Source of the DNA: Patescibacteria group bacterium | Lineage (GTDB): Bacteria; Patescibacteriota; Microgenomatia; Levybacterales; UBA12049 | Assembly: GCA_035510535.1 (NCBI GenBank) | Contig: DATKGY010000051.1 | Location: 6,882 to 70,881 of the forward strand | Direction: 5' to 3' | DNA length: 64,000 bases | Shown: positions 17,240 through 23,816 of the stretch, piece by piece | Position numbering within the stretch: the stretch's first letter is position 1 | Layout of the letters: every line of letters starts with the position of its first letter | The notes under the pieces: model-generated | Seen by the model: the letters and a program-made list of their open reading frames with translations, nothing else | Database searches by the model: none | Told to the model about the DNA's origin: nothing | Program-made: the position numbers and the translations under genes

Positions 17240-18388
17240 ATGGAACCAAATACACCAAATAATGATTTAATTGCAAAAGCGAAAATTGATACCCTAGATA
17301 TTGTTTCTCCTCAAGAAAATGATAGTTTGGGTTCTACTGCTTGGAGAGAATACTTAAATAGCGGTTCTCTGGGAGATGTATGGTCTGTTCCTGAAGGAAG
17401 TCCTTATGCTAGGTTTCAAAAAAGTAGCACTATAGACTCCATAGATAAATGTGATAGCGTAATCAAACCACGATATAGCAAAGGCGAACAAACGAGTGAA
17501 AAAGGAATAGATACTTTAATAGCCACAGGTGTTTTAGATTCACATACTGCAATTGTTTTAGATTCTGGGCATGCTCATAGCGTAGCAATGGCAGTTAAAT
17601 TAGCAGAGCAGGGTTATCAACCCGTTGTGATGTTAAATGATGAAGTAACTTCAAATAGATCAAATTCTGCTGAACAAGGATTAGCAACTTTATTATATTT
17701 TGCTGAACAAGTGAAAATTTTAAAAGCACAAGGTAAAATTAAATCAGATTCTCCTCCAGTTTTTATTTTAGATTTTCATCGTAGCTCTAGTTTCGTGCCT
17801 CAAGATTTTCCAACTGGAGAAGAATTGAGTCAAGCTGGAATAGATAAGGTAGTGTATCTCAATGAAGGAGATCAAAGTGGCGAAATTAATGCCAACTATC
17901 AGTCTACTGATAGACTATCAAGGGATTTAAAGTCAATTGCTTCCAATTGGGAAAGTGAGGGTCTTAATATAACTTATACAGGGGTATCTCCTTGGGTGGG
18001 AGAGCGTAACGCTTTTTTCTCACAGGGTTTAGTTCGTGGATTAAGTCGTAGATTAAATATGGGCGGCGCTTATGTTAGTGATGGTTATGCTTTTGAATCC
18101 GGATTGTCATATTCCAATATGGATCCTGAGGTATATGGAAAGAAAGATGCTTTAGGAATTGCAATGCATCACAATAGAGAAAGGTTTATTTTTACTAGAG
18201 AGGGTAAGTTGGAGGTAATCAATGAAAGTGGAGTGGCAAGAGCTATGCAACCTGAGGAAATCGAACAATTTCAAGAAGCAATAAGAAAAGCATTGGAGCT
18301 TCATCCAGACAACTTACAGATGATGGACGTATCTAATAGATTATCACAAGCAATTCAACCGATTAGTTTAGAAAATAAAGATAAATAG
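17240..18388 (+). CDS. Hypothetical protein (382 aa)
   Basis: Long ORF lying between two ftsZ-tail scars. No motif recognised. Confidence 0.5.
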   Translation: MEPNTPNNDLIAKAKIDTLDIVSPQENDSLGSTAWREYLNSGSLGDVWSVPEGSPYARFQKSSTIDSIDKCDSVIKPRYSKGEQTSEKGIDTLIATGVLDSHTAIVLDSGHAHSVAMAVKLAEQGYQPVVMLNDEVTSNRSNSAEQGLATLLYFAEQVKILKAQGKIKSDSPPVFILDFHRSSSFVPQDFPTGEELSQAGIDKVVYLNEGDQSGEINANYQSTDRLSRDLKSIASNWESEGLNITYTGVSPWVGERNAFFSQGLVRGLSRRLNMGGAYVSDGYAFESGLSYSNMDPEVYGKKDALGIAMHHNRERFIFTREGKLEVINESGVARAMQPEEIEQFQEAIRKALELHPDNLQMMDVSNRLSQAIQPISLENKDK

Positions 18389-18390
18389 GT

Positions 18391-18469
18391 TTAGGCGTTT
18401 TTAATAAAAGTAGAAGTTAGAAAAGGGGATAGATAAGACATTCCCGCCTTCCTTAGACAAAAAAATTAG
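18391..18469 (+). repeat. ftsZ-tail scar unit (copy B). The tail proper is 18437-18469.
   Basis: gac att ccc gcc ttc ctt aga caa aaa aat tag encodes [10 protein letters not shown]. It is 25 of 33 nt identical to ftsZ 11827-11859 and all differences are synonymous. Confidence 0.85.
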
Positions 18470-18490
18470 ATAGTAGGCGAGGCTCGCCAC

Positions 18491-18523
18491 TGGCGGCCCG
18501 CATTTTTGCGACAAAAGAATTAA
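18491..18523 (+). repeat. ftsZ-tail scar (copy C)
   Basis: tgg cgg ccc gca ttt ttg cga caa aag aat taa encodes [10 protein letters not shown]. Confidence 0.85.
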
Positions 18524-18589
18524 GCTCTTTAAATTTCAGAATGACCTATAGTTGATTTTTGAGTCTTATAATGAGATAATTAAATTTAT

Positions 18590-19195
18590 ATGGAAAGCTT
18601 GGAATATTTACCAAAATTATATTTTATTAAATCAATTCCAAATGAGGAGTATGCATATTTAACACAATTTTTGACTTATGTTGTTCCTGCATTTACAAGC
18701 GAAGCTCCTTTATCTTTTGCTGTTCATCTTGGGGCTGCATTTGCTAAATCTGGTTTTAGCATGAGAAAGCTTGGCTTAGATTCGGGAGTAAGCCACTCGG
18801 AAATATCACGTTTATTAAGTAATAGTAAGATACCAAAATTAGCTACGGCAGCACGCATTATTGAGAGTCTAAACTTAAGTGATGCACAAGCATTTAAAAT
18901 AGTTGTAGATTCAATTCCCCTTGATGTAAAAAGTAATTCTCTTAGATCGGTTTTCGCAGACGCTGCGCCCCAGTTAAGAGGAAGCTTTAGAGAGCAACTA
19001 AAAGGATATAGGCAGGCAAGAGATTTATCAATACCGTTATTAGCTGCTAGGGCTAAAATCGATAGAGCATTTGTGTGGAGAGTAGAATCCGAAGGAAGAC
19101 CTCTTGGATTTATTACATTTGCTGCTTTAGTTTCTGCATTAGGCTTAAATCCTAAACAAGTTCGTGGTTGCCTAATTGCCGCCGCTAATCAATAA
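18590..19195 (+). CDS. Transcriptional regulator with two XRE-type helix-turn-helix domains
   Basis: Two HTH units: MRKLGLDSGVSHSEISRLLSNSKIPKLATAARIIESLNL and LKGYRQARDLSIPLLAARAKIDRAFVWRVESEGR. Confidence 0.6.
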   Translation: MESLEYLPKLYFIKSIPNEEYAYLTQFLTYVVPAFTSEAPLSFAVHLGAAFAKSGFSMRKLGLDSGVSHSEISRLLSNSKIPKLATAARIIESLNLSDAQAFKIVVDSIPLDVKSNSLRSVFADAAPQLRGSFREQLKGYRQARDLSIPLLAARAKIDRAFVWRVESEGRPLGFITFAALVSALGLNPKQVRGCLIAAANQ

Positions 19196-19239
19196 ATTAA
19201 GTTCGCTCAAATTCTTTCAGAACTTCGCTTCGGCTACGG

Positions 19240-19270
19240 CCTGCATTCATTCTTAAGGCAGAAGAATTAA
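19240..19270 (+). repeat. ftsZ-tail scar (copy E) carrying a 4-nt duplication
   Basis: cct gca ttc [attc] tta agg cag aag aat taa. Removing the duplicated attc restores PAFLRQKN*. As it stands the in-frame reading is FLRQKN*. Confidence 0.8.
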
Positions 19271-19294
19271 ATCCCAAATTTTCCACCCCATAGT

Positions 19295-19322
19295 TTGACT
19301 TTCAAGATTTTTGTGGTATAAT
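19295..19322 (+). promoter_or_regulatory. Near-consensus sigma70-type promoter (TTGACT-16-TGgTATAAT) facing the flp operon
   Basis: ttgact 19295-19300 and tataat 19317-19322 with an upstream TGn extended -10. Confidence 0.5.
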
Positions 19323-19630
19323 CCATGCTTAGTGACAAAATAAACCCGGACTAATTTGCTGTCCGGAGTTTTGTTCTGTTACTTAGTTTTAATTGCACTT
19401 TGACAAGTTGCGAAAAATATTTTCATCAGATGGTGACGCCTTGGACATTAAGCGATTAGTGTCTAGAGCGTCATCATCAGATGATCATAGTAGTTACAAA
19501 GAAAGGAGGGTACTCGACATATTGCATTTTCAAAAGAAAGTAGTATGAAGGGAGTATCTATAAGTTAGTACGGATTAGGTTCGGTTTCACGGTTGTTCAA
19601 TCACGCAAGAGAATAGGAGTGAGGACTACG

Positions 19631-19774
19631 ATGTTTCGTTTTTCATCCAAAGGACAAGGTCTCGCTGAATACGCACTCATTCTCGCTCTCGTCGCCATCG
19701 TGGCTGTCGTTGCACTGCTCTTTCTGAGCGGCGAAATCAAGTCAATCCTGAGCATCATCGGCAAGTCGCTCTAG
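19631..19774 (+). CDS. flp: Flp-family type IVb pilin (47 aa). Absent from the ORF track because of its size.
   Basis: My translation is MFRFSSKGQGLAEYALILALVAIVAVVALLFLSGEIKSILSIIGKSL. It has the Flp processing motif G-xxxx-EY followed by a hydrophobic helix. SD ggag lies about 10 nt upstream. Confidence 0.75.
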   Translation: MFRFSSKGQGLAEYALILALVAIVAVVALLFLSGEIKSILSIIGKSL

Positions 19775-19917
19775 CGCGTCGCACTCGTCACTTGCTTAAC
19801 TGCAAGCTTTATTTTGAGTCAAACGCAGTATGGAGGTGGATACCCACAAGGCTTAAAAGCCAGCGTCTCCCGTCAAGTAACCGAGTCATCGAAGACTCAC
19901 GAGTCAAGGAGGAAACC

Positions 19918-21195
19918 GTGTTTAGTGTTCGTCGATTTTTCGCTGTATTCGCATGTGCTGCACTTTTGGGTGTTAGCATATTTGCGATCACGGCCAGTCC
20001 TGTCGTTCATCAACAATCAGTAGCTGCGTGGTCCCAACCGGGATTCACCGCGGTCTACGACTGCGACGGCAATGTCATCACCACCGTTAATCTCGCCAAC
20101 GAAGGCCAAAACGCGAACTACGATTATCAATTGGCATGGGGACCGGTAGGGCTTACCAAGCAGAGTGATCTGAACGCTCTCAACTGGACGACCTATACCG
20201 GCGCACAAGGGAACAACCAACAGACCATCGCGGCTGGAACTGGAGTTCTCTACGTACGCTGGGTAGCTGATTACAACAGTTGGAACTCGGCAACTCCTAG
20301 CGCAGCTAGCAATTGCACGGCGCCGCCTGACCCGCCTGTCATCACGCCTGTCTGCATGACGACGCTTCAGAGCGACCATTCAGCTGACGACCCCGGCTAC
20401 ACGGAGTACAACTGGTACATCGTGCTTCCCGGCGTCGCGAACGACTACAACATGGACTATTCAACAAACGGAACCGACTGGGTTGGACCTGATGACTGGT
20501 CTGATCAAAACGATCCCATTGCTGGCGGCGGCTGGGGCGGACCTATGACTACAACCTCGTACCCGAACTTCGGGATCGACGGCCACGAGTTGTGGGTTCG
20601 CTGGTCTGCCTACAGTAGTGTGGTTATCGGTCCGGTCGTAAATCCATACCCAGTTACGGCAGCTGGTCGTTCCTGCGGCACTCCTACGCCTCCGGCTCCT
20701 CCTGTCGTAAAGTGCGGCGGAACGGTTTCGTTCAGCAATGTCCCCGACGGCTGGAAACTGATCATCGAACCTGACGTCCTTGTTACCTCTGGTTTCGATT
20801 CCATCAGCCTGGCCCCCGGCGACTACACTTACCAATGGCGAGATGCCGATAACAACGACATGGTTGGCGGCACCTTCACCATCGGCGTCTGTCCGACTCC
20901 GACTCCGACACCCGCACCTACGTGCGTTGTCTCTGTCAGAGCAGACACGGTTGTCCAAGTCACGCCCGCACCTTGCGCAACTCCGGTTGTCACACCGACT
21001 CCGAAATCGACTTCGACTCCGGTCGCTTCGACCTCTGTCAAGCCAAAGAAAACTCCGGCAACTACCAGTATCGCTGGCGGTTCAGATGAATCAGACTCCA
21101 ACAGCATCCCGCTGTTCCCTCTGTTCATCTGCCTGATTCTTGGCGGAATTGGTGTTGGGGTGACTCTCATGGTCCAAAGGCGAGCGGCCCATTGA
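19918..21195 (+). CDS. Secreted or surface protein with an internal repeat, Pro/Thr linkers and a C-terminal TM anchor
   Basis: The likely start is GTG 19918, 5 nt after AAGGAGG; the ORF-track start 19792 lacks an SD. N-terminal signal/anchor FFAVFACAALLGVSIFAITA. Repeated motif LYVRWVADYNSW / LWVRWSAYSS. CPTPTPTPAPTC linker. C-terminal LFICLILGGIGVGVTLMV-QRRAAH. Confidence 0.65.
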   Translation: MFSVRRFFAVFACAALLGVSIFAITASPVVHQQSVAAWSQPGFTAVYDCDGNVITTVNLANEGQNANYDYQLAWGPVGLTKQSDLNALNWTTYTGAQGNNQQTIAAGTGVLYVRWVADYNSWNSATPSAASNCTAPPDPPVITPVCMTTLQSDHSADDPGYTEYNWYIVLPGVANDYNMDYSTNGTDWVGPDDWSDQNDPIAGGGWGGPMTTTSYPNFGIDGHELWVRWSAYSSVVIGPVVNPYPVTAAGRSCGTPTPPAPPVVKCGGTVSFSNVPDGWKLIIEPDVLVTSGFDSISLAPGDYTYQWRDADNNDMVGGTFTIGVCPTPTPTPAPTCVVSVRADTVVQVTPAPCATPVVTPTPKSTSTPVASTSVKPKKTPATTSIAGGSDESDSNSIPLFPLFICLILGGIGVGVTLMVQRRAAH

Positions 21196-21485
21196 CCTGC
21201 TAAACTAGCCTGATCCACCTGGATTTAGACTAGCTCGTAGTGGAGAAGCTCAGCCATAGCTTGGTACAAAGGATCCATTTAGGATCTAACGCCAAAGCTT
21301 CTTGATGCTGAGCAACTCCGATTTGGAGAAAGAAAGGACTACTATGTTCAAAAAACAACCCGTTTCGGGATATCCAATCACAGCTAACGCTGAGAAAGGT
21401 CCCGAACCATTTTCGCAACGCACTCAAGTGTTAAAGGCACCGCAAGGTGATAGACTCTAAAGAGTATTTACTGCACGCGCAGTCT

Positions 21486-21510
21486 GCTGACTTTCGTCAG
21501 CTACTTTTTT
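21486..21510 (+). terminator. Rho-independent terminator closing the high-GC segment
   Basis: gctgac-tttc-gtcagc hairpin, then tac plus a T7 run. Confidence 0.6.
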
Positions 21511-21554
21511 TATTTTATTACCCCATGGTGCCTTTTTTCCTTTTTGGGAGAGGA

Positions 21555-23705
21555 TTACTCTTTCGTAGGCTTAGAATATCTTTCTTTGGAGACGCGGATT
21601 ACCGTTTTTCTATTCTGGTTTTTACTCATAGGGAGTGGCAGAGTTTGCGCCAAAAACGGCGGGCAGGTAATACTATCTATTGAAAGTTTTGTTAAGATTT
21701 GATAATTTCCCAGAGCCAATAAATCTTCTTCTTTAAATCTTTCCCCTAATTCTTTAGCCAAATAGAAAGCGTCCCCGGCGCCGACTATGAATGAAATTAA
21801 GCTTCCGACATTACCAAAAATTGCCGCTCTGACATCTTCGGGAACTTGCGCCATATACTGATTTGCCATAATTAAATCTAAGTGATATTTTCTGGCCTCG
21901 GACAAAATTTTAATAAAGGAATTAGTAGCAAAATTTTGGAACTCGTCAACATACAGATAAAAATCCTTCCTTTGCTCTTCAGCTAAATCAACCCGATTCA
22001 TCGCCGCCAGTTGTAGTTTTGTAATTATCATCGCGCCCAAAAGTGAAGAATTATCTTCTCCTAATTTTCCCTGAGAAAGATTAAGCAGTACAATTTTTCC
22101 TTCGTTCATAATTTTTTCCAAATCAATGGTTGACTTAGGAGCGCCGATAATATTTCTAACAATATTAGAAGATATAAATTGACCAACCTTATTAAGAATA
22201 GGCGAAATAGATTCGCTCATTAACCGTGGCGTCATGGTTTCAAATTCATTCAGCCAGTAATTTTTTAAAACCGGATCGTTTAGCTTTGCGACAACTTTGT
22301 CCCGGTAACTTTTATCCGTTAATAAACCGGGAACTTCCAAAAAAGTCGAATCGGGAACTTCCAAAAGGGTCAAAATAGTATTTCTTAAAATATACTCAAG
22401 CCGTGGTCCCCAGGAATTTCCATAAAGTTTTTTAAAGATAGAAACAATACCGGAAGCAACTAGTTCTTTTTGCGTGTTCCCGACCTCAAGCGGATTAAGA
22501 TGAAAAGAGCTTGAAGAAGAATCTGACGGATCCAGATAAATTACGTCGTTAATCCGGTTTGACGGAATGTAATCCAAAATTATTTCTGTTAAGTCCCCAT
22601 GCGGATCAATTACCGCTACCCCTTCTCCATTTCTGATATCGTTGATCGCCATATTGGCGATGAGCGTGGATTTTCCGGCGCCGGTTTTCCCGATAATATA
22701 AGTATGTTTTCGTCTATCCTTTCCTTTGATGCCAAAATTCGTCAGTTTATTTTTAAATTCGGTATTAGCAAAAAAATTAATCTCCTGTTTTTCTGCGTCG
22801 CCCAAACCTTGAGCGATTGGTAAATTTTCCGGCGGTTCGGAAAAGATGGCTTTAGTCCAAGAAAGATTGTGAATTTTGGCCAGCTGTTCCGTCGGTAGGT
22901 GGTAAAGACTGGCAATTTCCGAAACATTTAAAACTTGATTTGACGGGATAAAAGACCTACTGCGCTTAATAAGTGCTCTTTCAAATCTGTCTTTTTGCCA
23001 AAGATGCGGGCGTCTTAAATAAAAGCTGTTGCCGATGGGATTATTAAAAATAGAAAATCCGTTGACAATATTAAAGAATAAACCCGGATTGTCACTTTTA
23101 ACTAAGATTCTTATACCGGTGCGGAAACCGTTTTGGCTGATTTTATCGGTAATAATTTTTTTATATTGATTAAGAGGGTTCTCTCTGTCCGGATCTGTGC
23201 TTTTAAGAATTGCCGTTTGGCCTTTTGTCTGCCAGCCGGTACCGATTGGTACCAGTAGGTATTGAATTACCGCTTTGTCATCTTTATCCAGTTTTGCCAA
23301 AATCCCTAAAATTGAGCTTAGCGGATCAACGTCCTTAAAATCTTTATAAGTTTTTATTGGGAACAAAGCTCCATGTTTTAATTTAAGCCTTCCTTCATAA
23401 AGTTCTCCCGGGGAACTTAAGATATCCGGTAAGTAGTCCTTATTTTTTGCAATTAGCGCTTTGGGGTATTGAGCGGTTAACTGACCTTCAATAAAAGTTT
23501 GGAATTTCTGCGGAATCACAATAAAAAAATGAGTTCTCTGCTCAAAGGTGGCAATCTCTAGGCTAATTGGTATCCCGCGCCTGTAAAAATAGACTATTTG
23601 ACGTTTTAAGTTAACCAGACTGGAGAGAAATTGCGTCATGGCTTCCGAAGTTTCCTCGGTATTTCTGGGTGTTTTAATTTCCAAAATAACTTTGTCGCTG
23701 TCCAT
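21555..23705 (-). CDS. FtsK/HerA/TraD-VirD4-superfamily P-loop ATPase (type IV coupling-protein-like), soluble
   Basis: Walker A IIGKTGAGKST and Walker B FYLYVDEFQNF. C-terminal ARKYHLDLIMANQY...GNVGSLISF resembles the TraD/TraG C-terminal domain. No TM helices seen at the N-terminus. Confidence 0.6.
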   Translation of the reverse strand: MDSDKVILEIKTPRNTEETSEAMTQFLSSLVNLKRQIVYFYRRGIPISLEIATFEQRTHFFIVIPQKFQTFIEGQLTAQYPKALIAKNKDYLPDILSSPGELYEGRLKLKHGALFPIKTYKDFKDVDPLSSILGILAKLDKDDKAVIQYLLVPIGTGWQTKGQTAILKSTDPDRENPLNQYKKIITDKISQNGFRTGIRILVKSDNPGLFFNIVNGFSIFNNPIGNSFYLRRPHLWQKDRFERALIKRSRSFIPSNQVLNVSEIASLYHLPTEQLAKIHNLSWTKAIFSEPPENLPIAQGLGDAEKQEINFFANTEFKNKLTNFGIKGKDRRKHTYIIGKTGAGKSTLIANMAINDIRNGEGVAVIDPHGDLTEIILDYIPSNRINDVIYLDPSDSSSSSFHLNPLEVGNTQKELVASGIVSIFKKLYGNSWGPRLEYILRNTILTLLEVPDSTFLEVPGLLTDKSYRDKVVAKLNDPVLKNYWLNEFETMTPRLMSESISPILNKVGQFISSNIVRNIIGAPKSTIDLEKIMNEGKIVLLNLSQGKLGEDNSSLLGAMIITKLQLAAMNRVDLAEEQRKDFYLYVDEFQNFATNSFIKILSEARKYHLDLIMANQYMAQVPEDVRAAIFGNVGSLISFIVGAGDAFYLAKELGERFKEEDLLALGNYQILTKLSIDSITCPPFLAQTLPLPMSKNQNRKTVIRVSKERYSKPTKE

Positions 23706-23780
23706 AAATAAATACTTAATATATGCTACTACCTTAATAATAGCAAATATCTTTCAATAAAGAAAAGAAATTGGAATTCA

Positions 23781-23809
23781 TTGTCAAATTAAGCATGGCA
23801 AGCTATAAT
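23781..23809 (+). promoter_or_regulatory. Candidate ileS promoter TTGTCA-17-TATAAT, with the ATG 7 nt after the -10 box
   Basis: ttgtca 23781-23786, tataat 23804-23809, ATG at 23817. No SD. Confidence 0.45.
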
Positions 23810-23816
23810 AGAATTT

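Larger units (their letters stand above)
19600..21200 (+). other. Compositionally foreign high-GC segment
   Basis: A hand count on line 20341-20400 gives 36/60 GC, against 21/60 on line 14341-14400. Codon third positions are G/C-rich. Confidence 0.7.

Noticed and set aside
17140-19270. Reading the scar units as integron attC sites. The units begin with TTAGGC/TTAGGT, which resembles the GTTRRRY core.
   Set aside because: I found no proper GTTRRRY / RYYYAAC inverted core pairs or attC-like bulged hairpin. The conserved part is demonstrably ftsZ coding sequence with synonymous divergence. The integrase also lacks an obvious IntI-specific context. I keep it only as an alternative hypothesis within a finding.
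19600-21200. Dismissing the high-GC segment as an assembly chimera.
   Set aside because: This cannot be excluded from sequence alone. However, the left junction is continuous with an ftsZ-tail scar and a promoter oriented toward flp, and the right end has a terminator followed by host-like sequence. I therefore report it as a finding, with the chimera test specified.
20017-21218. Several 64-165-aa ORFs on both strands inside the high-GC segment (20017-20379, 20461-20958, 20610-20804, 20780-21136, 20829-21218).
   Set aside because: High-GC DNA is poor in stop codons in every frame. These ORFs are Arg/Pro/Gly-rich, they overlap the well-supported 19918-21195 gene, and they lack SD sequences.
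21344-21460. A 38-aa ORF (MFKKQPVSGYPITANAEKGPEPFSQRTQVLKAPQGDRL) with the upstream ggagaaagaaagga and a downstream terminator. Its EPFSQR segment is faintly reminiscent of PAFLRQ.
   Set aside because: It is too short and has no motif. The resemblance to the ftsZ tail is too weak to call a sixth scar. The competing 65-aa minus-strand ORF at 21230-21427 is equally unsupported.
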